Assembly (NCBI GenBank): GCA_030704615.1
Contig: CM060731.1
Coordinates: 49,972,001 to 50,036,000, forward strand
Direction: 5' to 3'
From: Takakia lepidozioides
Lineage: Eukaryota; Plantae; Bryophyta
Length of the DNA stretch: 64,000 bases
Part shown: positions 1 through 11,035 of the stretch, piece after piece
Layout of the letters: each line of letters begins with the position of its first letter
Position numbering within the stretch: position 1 is the first letter of the stretch
Translations under genes and position numbers: made by a program
Notes under the pieces: model-generated
The model's input: only the letters and a program-made list of their open reading frames with translations
Databases searched by the model: none
Told to the model about the DNA's origin: nothing

Positions 1-210
1 GCCTCTGGAGCACTGTCCACAAACCAAAAGTTGTGTTCTTGCAACTGCTGGCTCATTGTCAAACACTTCGAAGGTGTAATCCATTGGGCAGCCTGGCCGA
101 CATTGCCACCCTACTAACGGAATCGAATGCCCACCACTTCCGTGCATTTATGAGAGGTTGTACATTGTAGGGGCTACCAACACCTAGGGGATGGAGTAGT
201 GACTCATCTC

Positions 211-509
211 TGTTGGAAAACAACTCCATAATATATAGCTTGACTTGTAGATAAAGTTAGAGACATTGAAAGTAACTCTCTATTTAGAGAGGCTTTTGTC
301 TTAAAGTTAAAGCTAGTCCATTATGGGACTACTTAACAAAGGTTTAAAAGGCAAGTCTTAGTGATTGCTTTTAGCCTAGCTAGAACTATATAAGATGCTC
401 GGGGGTGAAGCCACATATCAGTTGTTCATGTTGTGTGCTTCTATGGTTGGGTGAAGCGCTTCTATACAATCTTTTTTCCTCTTTGTTATTCTATCTACGT
501 TTTTCAACA
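211..509 (+). repeat. 5' LTR of truncated Ty1/copia element (Copia-1)
   Basis: Starts TGTTG (211), ends CAACA (509), has a TATA-like ctatataa near 386, and is followed by a canonical PBS and gag. No second LTR in the window. Confidence 0.8.
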
Positions 510-511
510 CA

Positions 512-523
512 TGGTATCAGAGC
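512..523 (+). promoter_or_regulatory. Primer binding site (initiator tRNA-Met 3' end)
   Basis: TGGTATCAGAGC, 2 nt after the LTR end; the standard plant tRNA-iMet PBS. Confidence 0.9.
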
Positions 524-709
524 CTAGTTGCTAGAAGGTGGCTGCAGTTTCATGCTAGATAGATGAGGTGCTACGAGGTGGCAGCGAGGACGTGATCAAA
601 GGGAGCTCCTAGCCAAAGCAATTTGGTCCACGGTCAGTGATCAGTAAAAGTCTGTGAGATTGCTGATTGTCAAGTATAAAGTCTTAGATACTGAGAAAAG
701 AAAGACCTA

Positions 710-1782
710 ATGGCAAATTCTGCTCATGGAAACGCATTAGATATAAGAGTAGAAGATCGGTTCAATGGAACCAACTACCAGTTTTGGAAGTTTAGATTGG
801 AAATGATTCTTCTAGACAAAGACCTGTGGGGATTGATTGACGGGTCACATGTAAGATGTGATGATGCAGTTGGCCAAGCTTTATGGGGTAGAAAAGATCA
901 GAAGCATCATAATGAGCTTGAGAAACAATCAGATGAATCTAGCCATTGACGCTAAAAGTTCCAAAGAGGTTTGGTATAAGCTAGTAGCTATTTTTTGAGA
1001 CGAAGGATGCAAAGTCGCAAATGATTGCGACACAGAAGTTCTGTGGTCTGAAATGACCGAGTCGGATTCAGTCGAACAACATTTGAGTTTGTTCAGTGTC
1101 TTAAGAGACGAGCTGAAATATGTGGGAACTGTAATATCTGATGAACGAACAGCAGTAGTGCTGCTAGCAACCTTACCTGAATCCTATGACAATTTCGTGG
1201 TATCCTTAACATGACAAACCAACTTAACAATTGAGGTGGTCATAGGTCTTCTGGACTCAAGGAGGAAAAACAAAGAGGTCAAGGGCAGGGCTTTGTAGAC
1301 AGGGCTTTGTTCACAGATATTAAACCCGGAGGATTCCATAAGAAGAAATTCCTTTCGTATCAGACTGCAAAATCTGGCTCGAAGTTTAAGCTGAAGTCAA
1401 GGATTAAGTGCTATCATTGCAACAGATATAGGCATGGGATAAAATATTGTAGAATACGCATAGTAGAGGAGCGTGAACGAGATAATCAAGAAATATGAGG
1501 GAATGTAGCTGCTCATCAGAAATACCCTGTCTTATTTGTAGTTTCACTTTCAGCATTTACTACGAGGCAGAAGTATGAGTGGTACATTGATTCAGGAGCA
1601 TCTCAACATATGACTCCAGAAAATGGACAATTTCTTACATACAAACCTATATCTATGTCCCAGTACTATGTTCTCTTGGGAGATGATAGCAAACACATCA
1701 TTAGTGGCGAAGGTCCAGTCTCACTTCTGATAAATCAAGGAGAGGTTCGAGAAGTGGTGTTCTATACGTACCAGGGTTGCAC
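710..1782 (+). pseudogene. Copia-1 gag and protease, degenerate, truncated after protease
   Basis: FNGTNYQFWKFRLEMIL (copia gag N-terminus), degenerate zinc knuckle CYHCNRYRHGIKYC, protease WYIDSGASQHMT (~1580), ends at VLYVPGL. Multiple stops and frameshifts. Confidence 0.85.
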
Positions 1783-2879
1783 ACGTCAGTGACGTCACGT
1801 AACGTCGGACCTGACGCTGACGCGACCAACGTCACGTCAGTTTTGCCGAAAAATCAGTAAAACATGAGTTAGGTGAAAAGTTTCCGGACATGATGAAAGT
1901 ACTCTGTGGAATAGACGCGGCTTCGTAACGGAAAACTAAACCCAGACAAATGGCGTATGTTATAATGTGATGCATAGGCACAATGCAACATAGCCTTGTG
2001 CGACTTCTTTGGATTTTGACTTTAAAAAATAAGAACTATTTCAGTTACCTTGTACTTTATTATTAATTTTAATTTGGGAGAAGGGACAAACCCAGAGCAC
2101 TTTATTAATCGAGGAGGGAAAATATTAAAACCCTCAAAGTGCCATGAGGTTGCCACACACAAAGTAGCACGACACGACGGGCATATTTTTCTTGTCGAAT
2201 TTTGACAGAATTAGGTAATTACTTCTAGATATAAAATCAGATAAATGTCCACCTTTTTATTTCAATATCCATGGTGATAGTACACCCAAAATTATCTTCA
2301 GTCTTGAATTAATTTTCTTCCATAGCAACTTAGTCAAAATCTTGCATTAGTTACTTATTACACATAGGCACAATGTGACAAGTTCTCATTCATCTAATCA
2401 TCATGCGCAAATCTCAATAATCTATTGCTCGGCTCCCTAGTCATGTCAAACACCAACTCACTCCATGAAAATTTAGTCCCGTGAAAAACACAAAAATGTT
2501 TATGTATAGTCTTGCCTAACTTATAACATTCTAGAACAAACATGAGAGACTCTCATATTTATCTATGTTTTAGTGTAGTATAGCAAGAGTTAGTAGGAGG
2601 TCGTTGTAAGCTTGAGCTTCGTTTAATTGGTTGGACGCATTAAACAGGTTCTAGACACATTAAACATAATGATTATTTAAGGATGATTACATTTAAGTTG
2701 GATGAAAACAAGCATGTATCATTATCAACCATCATTGGACATGGATGATGCAAAATGAAAGGGCATTAATATCTAACTTGTATGTGTATACAAGGTTAGG
2801 TCATAATGAAAATTTGATACTACCATAAGACTATACATCCAAGGGCCTCGAGAAACATGTGCCTTAAGCTCCTTTGGGC

Positions 2880-3098
2880 TTTCTAGGCTGGCTCTTAGTT
2901 TTTTGCGCTATCTAGATATAGCTTCTCGCTACCTTAGGCCTCTTTCTCTTCTTCCCTTTCCCCAAGCTGTGTCAGCCTGCATGGCACTTTTCATACAGGT
3001 TATGTTTTCCTCTTTGTATCTCATGGATATTTGAAGTCCTATATATATAAAGTTCATGAGGCCTCCGTCCCTCTTAAAATAATAATAATAATAATAAA
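2880..3098 (+). mobile_element. LINE 3'-end remnant with (AAT)n tail
   Basis: Similar to 13060-13320 and to the end of the LINE at 44060-44215 (..aaagttc..gaggcc..gtccc..taataataat). Confidence 0.5.
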
Positions 3099-3485
3099 TG
3101 GCATATAGTACATTTTGAATCCTATGTATTTATGAAGCTCTGACTACACAGTTGGACGATCGGATCTAACCGGTCATCCCATTATGGATGACTGGCTATA
3201 GCCAGTCCAATATTGTGCAAAAGGTATCTCGGAAAAATAGATATGCGTAAATAGCATCCATTATACCAAGATCCCTTTTTTGATGAGGCTGTTTAGGGAG
3301 TCTGAGTTGAGTGAAAATGTCAAATGCGAGGCCAACAAATATCCACACCTTCTTCAATGCCATATAAGATATCAGCACTTCCTAAGGAAAAAAAAAAAGG
3401 AAAAAAGATATCAGCTCTTGTGGTCGCTTTATAATAGTTTGACTATTCTATTGATTTATAGATGAGGCTCACATTGCATGACCCC

Positions 3486-3952
3486 GGCTCAGAATTTTGT
3501 GTGGCCTCGTCGTAATGATGTTGGTCAGACTATGGGGCCCACCGTCTCATTAATATAGGAGCAAACTACCTTCATGCGTCCAGGACTTAGAATTTTTTTG
3601 GCATATGAAATTTGCAACCAGGTAGTTTTAGGATTTTCTACATGAAGGTAGTTGCAAAACCAAGCTGGAACTAACTTACCTGCATGAGAGTGGTTACATA
3701 CCACCTCCATGGAGGTAGTTGTGTAGTCAACGCCTACCACCGGAATCACGCTCAGGGAATGGCCACAGACCTGCATCGCTACATCACCATCGACCCTACC
3801 ACCAGACCACAACCTCCACCGTGCAGTTTTTCTGATATATAAGAGAAACGGGGAATAGGCCTAGTTTTAATGTAGCGGGGCCCGCTGTCAGGTCCCTGTC
3901 CCCTCTGCACCTACGGCCTCATTACGACGAGGCCACACAAAATTTTGAGGCC
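3486..3952. mobile_element. MITE-like element with ~31-bp terminal inverted repeats
   Basis: ctcagaattttgtgtggcctcgtcgtaatga (3488-3518) is the near-perfect reverse complement of tcattacgacgaggccacacaaaattttgag (3919-3949). No coding capacity; TSD not evident. Confidence 0.7.
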
Positions 3953-4288
3953 TTGACCGCAAAGGTCTTCATCCACACAACTTTTCGCGTGTACTTTTGA
4001 AGTGTAAAGTAGCATGTGGCTACTTTGTGTGGGAGGTCAAAGAATTGGTGATTGCAGTATAGTCTATAGAAGGGTCAAGGGAAAATGGGGGTGTGCTTGT
4101 CATTGGAATGCGACTCCCTAGAAAGTTGAAGAATGTCGGTTAAGTATATTGTTGCCCTAATCTGCCCTGATTGACTGGAGCAGAGATTGCCTAAGAGCAT
4201 CCCCACCCTACACTGAACCCAGCACACCAACAACATACAGCGGCAAATAACGTAGTACCTTAGCAATTTCGACACAAACGCCAAAGTT

Positions 4289-4414
4289 GGAATTGTACCA
4301 GATATGATTATGAACAATAACCTCGTGGACATGTATGCAAAATGTGGGTGCATCGAGGATGCGAAGGGAGTGTTTGACAATATGGCTGAACAAAATGTGG
4401 TGTCGTGGAACGCA
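4289..4414 (+). pseudogene. PLS-class PPR gene fragment
   Basis: Translates GIVPDMIMNNNLVDMYAKCGCIEDAKGVFDNMAEQNVVSWNA, a typical S/P PPR motif junction; short and isolated. Confidence 0.8.
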
Positions 4415-4542
4415 TGATATGCCTAGTAGAAAAATTCTAGGTTGTCATTGTCAGCTGCTAGCAACATGGATTGTAACAAATGGGAGAAAAGCTCGATGCG
4501 ATGATAAAAATTGAAGAAATCTTGCATATTGTACCTTGTATG

Positions 4543-4865
4543 TTTAGGATTTTCTCACGACATCTGGACAGTTTCTTGGCATATAAATAACTAGTTACTC
4601 ACTAGTCACTTGTAACCAACCACAAGGCAGTTAGGCTAGTACATAGTCTGGGTCATGTTGTCATACTCTCTCTCTTTGACGTTGTTCTGCGATTAGCATA
4701 ATTTGCAGATAGCTTAGAAGTTGCTCAGCCTGTGCTTGCGTGAATAGTAGATTGCTTGTTGTAGCTTTTGGGTTAGATCAGCATTGTATTCCTTGAACCT
4801 GAGTAATATTGACTCTGGTCACTTTATTATTGATCTGGGCTTGACCTGATTTAGCACAAACAAAA
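4543..4865 (+). repeat. Copia-2 5' LTR (TTTAG...CAAAA)
   Basis: Direct repeat of 14496-14760; bounded by the TSD on the left and the PBS on the right. Confidence 0.9.
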
Positions 4866-4878
4866 GGTTATGGGCCCA
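4866..4878 (+). promoter_or_regulatory. Half-tRNA-iMet type primer binding site
   Basis: GGTTATGGGCCCA directly after the LTR; same motif as the Drosophila copia PBS, which pairs with the anticodon arm of tRNA-iMet. Confidence 0.85.
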
Positions 4879-5253
4879 CGCTTCCAGTGCTTCATTTTGT
4901 CAGTCTCTATTTTCTAGGTAATGTCCGTTCGTTCATCACAAGAAAATGGAACTCCAAGTTCAAGCCCACTTCTAGATCCAAGCTCATAGTCTTTGTTTTG
5001 CTGGTTTGATTTTTTCTCCTTCTGGTCGTATTCTTTATTGAATGTGGGGAAGTCTTTGCTTTTCTTTTGGCTGCCAGTTCTTTCTTGCACAAGAAAGATT
5101 CTTCTTTCCTTTTTTGAACCTTTGGTTTTCAAGGCACATTGTATTTTCTATCTGTCGAGTATGTTGAGATCGTGGAGAGGTTCCCATGCTTGAAGTAGAA
5201 AGTTGTAGCGCTTGATTGCTTTGAGAGTCGTCTATTAGAGAGAAAGTTGAGCC

Positions 5254-8200
5254 ATGGCGGGTAATCTGTCCAAGGCAGTTTTGAGTAACGTTGAAAGATT
5301 CAATGGCAAAGGATTCGCCATGTGGAAGTACCAGATGAGAGCCATCTTCCGGGGAAAAGAGCTCATGGACATCGTATCAGGAGCCGAGGTGATGCCCAGT
5401 CGAACAGTTGATGCCGATGCTACGCTCAAGGCTCAAGAAGATGCATCCATCGCCGCATGGAAGGAGAAAGACAATCAGGCCCTCAGTATTCTATAGGCTG
5501 TTGATCGCAATCAGCTGAAGAATTTGATGGGATGCGAGACCTCTGCTTCTTTTTGGAGCAAACTCTGTGCCGTGAATGAGCAGCGATCCATTGACAACGT
5601 ACATCGTCTACAGGAGCAGTTCTACAAGTGTAGCATGGAGGATGGAGAAACCATTGCTGATTTTCTTGGAAGGATAGAGGTGAGCTTGACCCAGCTGCGA
5701 GGATTGGGAGATGCCAGTTTCACTGACTCCTCAGTGATTGCCAAGGTTTTGTGTAACTTGCCTCCAAGCCTCAAGCATTTTCGGTCAGCTTGGGAAAGTG
5801 TGCCAACTGGTCCCGACAAGAATTTGGAGTTGTTAACCTCTCGCTTGCTGACTGAGGAAGGTCGAGAGAATGCAGAAGGGATCAAGAGTCAAAGAGCAAC
5901 AAAACATTTGTTGCAAAGAAGGGAGGGCAGCAATCTAGCGTGACATCGAGTGACCCTCATTGACTCCGGAGCAAAGAAAGGCTCGTCGAGATGCCATTCA
6001 GAAGGAGAAGGAAAGCACCACATGCTTTAATTGTGGGGAACCTGGCCATTGGGCAAAAGAGTGTCAAAATGAGCCCAAGGCCAAGACAAAGAATGCCAAA
6101 GGCGAAAGGGGTGAGAAATCTGAAACCAAGACAGTTGCATCGACCTACAAGGCCTGGATGGCCTCAGTGAATCACGCAAATGAAAGCGACATGAACATCT
6201 GGATAACATATTCTGGATGCATGCATTACATGACCGGGAGACGAGATTGGTTCACACATTTTGAGAGCATTTCTAGTCGTGGAGTGGGAGGTATCAAGCT
6301 CGAGGTACATGGTGTAGGGACGATTGACATTGAGGTTTTTGCCAATGGCATTTGGTATGAAAGCCAAATGATGAACGTGCTGTATGTTCCAGGGCTGGGT
6401 TGGAACCTATTTTCAGAACTCAGAGCTGTGAAGATGGGCACCAAAGTTGTTTGGAACCACTTTGGTTTGAAGTTGGTCCATCGTGGTACTGTTGTCATGG
6501 AAGGAAGCATCAACAAAGAACTCTGGCAACTTTGCATTAAGGTCAAAATAAGCAATGCCATTGCTTGTTTGGCAGGATCATTTGCTGGAGAGAGCCGAAG
6601 CAATGCCAATAAGAGCCTACAGTTATGGCATAGGCGATTGGGACATGACAACATGTAAACTGTCAATCCATCCAGAAAATGGCAGCGGAAGACATGGTAG
6701 ATGGCTTGATGTTGACCAACAAAAGGGAACCAGACTTCTGTGAAGGGTGTGTTTTTGGCAAGCACCACCACAACTCTTTTCCAAAGAATGAGATCAGAAC
6801 CAGAGCAACAAGAGTTGGGTTACTGGTTCATACTGACATCGTTGGGCCATTCACTACCAAGTCAATTGGTGGTGCGAGGTACTTTATCGTCTTTAAAGCT
6901 GATTATTCTGCATTCAGAGTGTTGTTTTGTATAGCCAAGAAATCACATGCGTTATCAAGCTTCAACAAATATTTTCTGCAGATGTTGCGAGAGACAGGCC
7001 AGTCAGTTGTGGTGTTGAGATCCGATAGGAGTGGTGAGTGCACTGGAGATGCTATCCAACAGTTCTTGAAAGACATTGATTGTAAGCACGAGATGACAGC
7101 AGCTTACACACCTGAACAAAATGGTGCATGCGAGTTGGAAAATAGGACGATCGTGGAAATGGTACGAAGCATGATCCATGCAAGCAACGTTCATCCACGT
7201 TTTTGGGGGGAAGCTGCGCATACTGCCAAATATACTCTGAAACATACACATACTCGTATGGTACCTCACAAGACACCCTTTGAAATGTGGACGTCTGTTG
7301 CTCATATGAGAGTGTTCGGCTGCGATGCATACGTGCATGTGCCAAAAAAACTGAGAACGAAGTTGGAGGCAAAGAGTCGGAAGGGCGTTTTCATGGGATA
7401 TAGCTATACAAGCAAGACCTACAGGGTTTGGTTAAATGACAAGCGTCGCATTGAAGAGAGTCGTGACATACTTTTCAATGAAGAAGACATCCCAATATCG
7501 AGCTCTAACGTGATGCATGGGCGGCAAGCCGTGCCACGTTTCTCATTGGTGAAGATGAAAGTGCAAGGCCAGTGGGAGCCATACCTCACCACGTTGTAGC
7601 GCCAGGAGCACAAGAGCCATTGCTCACTCAAGAAGTTCAAGAACTGTCAAGCAGTCATCCCATCTGACTTGCTAGTGGTTCACAATCTCTCATTACTGAT
7701 TCATTGCTAGAACCAGCAGGCGGTGACGTGTGTCCCAAACGCGGTGAGCCTGATGGAGGAGAATTGGTTCCAATGTTGGAACCAAGAGTGCGCAATCCGC
7801 CAACAATGTATGGTGACTGGTACTATCCAAGACAAACACCACGCGTGCTTAGTAACAAATCATGCAGAGCCCATGCTGCCGGAGGAGCCAGCGAGTTAAC
7901 TGACGATGTACATTGCCATGAGTCTGCAGAGTGTTTGCAAACGATGATCGAAGAATACGAGTCTCTTTTGGAGAACGACACTTGGGAATTACAGCCACTC
8001 CCCAAGGACTGCAAGCATATAAGCTGTAAGTGGGTTTATAAGTTGAAACTCAATTCTGTTGGTGAGATCGATCGATATAAAAGCTAGACTTTGTGCTATA
8101 CACCCAGCGTGCAGGAATTGACTATACAAAGACCTTCTCACCTGTCGCCAAGTTTGACTCAATCAGGACATTGCTCTCGGTGGCGACAGTGGAAGACTTT

Positions 8201-8816
8201 GAGATCGCCCAATTTGACGTGAAGCCAATAATTTTGTACGGTGAGATCAGCGAAGAAATCTCCATGGACCAACCGCCTGCCTTCGTTGATCAGACAAATC
8301 CCACGGCGGTGTGCAAGCTGAAGAAGTCCTTCTATGGGCTTAAGCAAGCAAGTCGAGCTTGGAATAAATGCTTCAATGACGTCACCACCACTCATGGCCT
8401 GCAACCCAACATTGCTGATCCTTGCATCTATTACTGTGCCAATCCCAAGCTGCTCTTGGCCATCTTTGTTCATGATGGATTAATTTTTAATCCCAAGAAC
8501 CGATCAGCCTGTGATATTCTGGATCACATGGATAAAGCCTTCACCATCACCAATGGTGAGCCCCAGATTTATGTTGGCTTATCACAAGAGATAGGCTCAA
8601 TCAAACCATGACGTTGGATCAGATGCAATACGTGTTGAAGACTCTGCGCAAGTTTGGATATGCCGATTCCCCTCCTGTCACGATCCCAGCTGATCTCAAT
8701 GCAAGGCTAGAAGAAGTGACTCGTCAAGATGAGGTAATCATTTCTGATTTTCCATACAAAGAAGTGATTGGGAGCTTGTTTCTCCCCAGCCTTTGCACTC
8801 GCCCCGATATTTCCTA
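5254..8816 (+). pseudogene. Copia-2 gag-protease-integrase-RT (degenerate polyprotein, 5' part)
   Basis: ERFNGKGFAMWK gag; CFNCGEPGHWAKEC knuckle; degenerate protease WITYSGCMHYMT; WHRRLGH...CEGC; integrase LRSDRSGE/EQNG; RT CKWVYKLK, YGLKQASRAWN, FVHDG. Several stops and frameshifts. Confidence 0.93.
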
Positions 8817-9581
8817 CACTACAAGAGATGAGCGTTTTTAGGACTACGGATTTGGCGGAGTCATAAAAATGGCACTAGGTATACGACTACAGAGCGTTGA
8901 AATGCGTTGCAGTCATAGTTTTATCACTTTATAGTAATGGATATCACTACATGACTCCGGAAAATTAGGGAGCATTGGTCAAACATTGTTGACCATGATG
9001 ACAAGTATGGTTTTATGACTAGTGTGATATGTTTGACTAGACGTGGATGACGTTTCATGGAATCTTGTGACTCCATGACTGAAGATGGTTTTACAACTCT
9101 ATTTATACGACTACATCCCTACACGTGTCATTTTGAAAGCACATACGTGAATGTATTCATCCATTGGATGAGTTTATCCATCGATGACATGGCATGTAAA
9201 CTTATGAGTCCCTTACTGCAAATTGTTTCATAACTCTATATATATGACTACATCACTACACATGTCATTTAAAAGGCATATACATTAATGAATTCATTCA
9301 ATGGATGGGTTCATCCATCCGCCTATACGGTGTGTCGATTTGATATCTGTTCAATAAATTGGACCTGGATGGACGTGGCTTAACAAGGATCGCAAGATAT
9401 ATGAGATTAAAATATGTGGTTGTACAAGGTTAGATCATGTGATGGAAATTATTTTGAATCGTTAGATTTTACAGGATCTAACGGTCTAGATTGTTTAAGA
9501 TCTAACGGTTTAAGATTACACAGCCGAACTTTACACCGGGCTGGGACTTAGGCTTTTTTGTCTCCTGCATTTCACCATCTA

Positions 9582-9680
9582 TTTGATGTTGTGTCATGGA
9601 ACGCGATGATCGGAGGATATGCAGGGGCGTGGGATGGAGGCTTTGCAGACCTTCCTACTCTTGAGCAAATGATGCAAGAA
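9582..9680 (+). pseudogene. PPR fragment inside Pack-CACTA
   Basis: FDVVSWNAMIGGYA...LEQMMQEG. Confidence 0.65.
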
Positions 9681-10664
9681 GGAGAAGAGGAGGAAGAGAG
9701 GAGACGAGGAGAAGATCCCAACATTCTTGTGAGCTCGCCGTTTTTGGGAGAGACGAGACGAGGAGACGCTCGCCGTTCTTGGGAGAGTCAGCTTGGTCTT
9801 AGCAGGCTGTGTTTCAATCTCTGCCTGCTCAGCTGCACCGTGGTGGTTCGATCTCACATACCAATCCAACATTACCTGACTACATATACAAGCAGCACAC
9901 ACAAGGGGTCCTTTTGGGCTGATGGTCGGTCAAATCCTCTATGGGTCATGATACAAGGTAAAGGACAATGTGGTGAGGATACCTTCTTCTTTGACCTATT
10001 TCAGCCTGTTTTGCTCTGTTTGGCAGCATGAAAGTATCCAAAAACAGGTAATAGAGATGAGGAGAAGCTTTGGAATGAACACTTTTCCGACCCCAGTCAA
10101 TGGCGAGACAATGGAGACAAAAAGGAGAATGCATGTTGGACTACACTAGAGAGAAGTAGATGCAATTTAGAATTAGAACTATTGTAATAATTAGGGTTGG
10201 GGTTTGCTGGAAGAACTTCACGCCGTCAGTGTCAGCTGCTAGCAGCAAGTATTCATGATTTGTACACAGACAAGGGTAGCTAAAGGACCAGGGCTAGAGG
10301 TCCAGGTTCATCCAAGAGGGCCGGATTTCAAACACAAGATTAGTTCTGATTCCCCGTGGATCAATAGCTACAAGAAATCTGCTAATGAGAAAATGGTATG
10401 CTAATGAAAGCACGTTTTTCAACACATTTCACCCTGTTTTTCTCTCTTATCAGAATCGGCCCTAAATTTCCATGTTGAATTCTGCAAGTTAGTTGGTTTA
10501 GTGAACCTGGGATAGTTTGGAGTGACTTTGATATGATATTGCCAATGTGACAACAGGAAAGTATCCAAAAGAGGTAACAGAGATGAGGAGAAGCTTTGGA
10601 ATGAATACTTTTCTGACCCCAGTCAATGGTGGGACAACCAAGGCAAAAATGTGAATACCTGTCA

Positions 10665-11035
10665 GATTACCAGATGTCATTTTGAACACTGCCCCTGCCT
10701 TGGTGGACATGTATGTCAAATGTGGGTGCATCGAGGATGCAAAGGGAGTGTTCAACACTATGGCTGAACGAGATGTGGTGTCATGGAGTGCGATGTTTGC
10801 AGGGTATGCACAACAGGGGCGTGGGATGGAGGCTTTGGAGACCTATGAGCAAATTATGAGGGAAAGGATACTGAAGCCCGACCACATAACGTGTGTATGT
10901 GTTTGCAATGCGTGTGCAAGCCTGGCAGCCCTGGAAAAGGGCAGAAGGTCTATGGTTGCATCGTCAAAGCTGCAAATGTACCAGATGTCATTTTGAACAC
11001 TCCCCTGGTGGACAATATGTATGCCAAATGTAGGT
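10665..11035 (+). pseudogene. PLS-class PPR fragment (about 3 motifs) inside Pack-CACTA
   Basis: ALVDMYVKCGCIEDAKGVFNTMAERDVVSWSAMFAGYAQQGRGMEALETYEQIMRERILKPDHITCVCVCNACASLAALEKGR, then a frameshift, then PDVILNTPLVDNMYAKC. Confidence 0.85.

Noticed and set aside
1772-1850. CAGGGTTGCAC as a hAT terminal repeat with acgtca subterminal repeats
   Set aside because: The same bases encode the copia VPGL motif and no partner TIR or 8-bp TSD was found; left uncalled.
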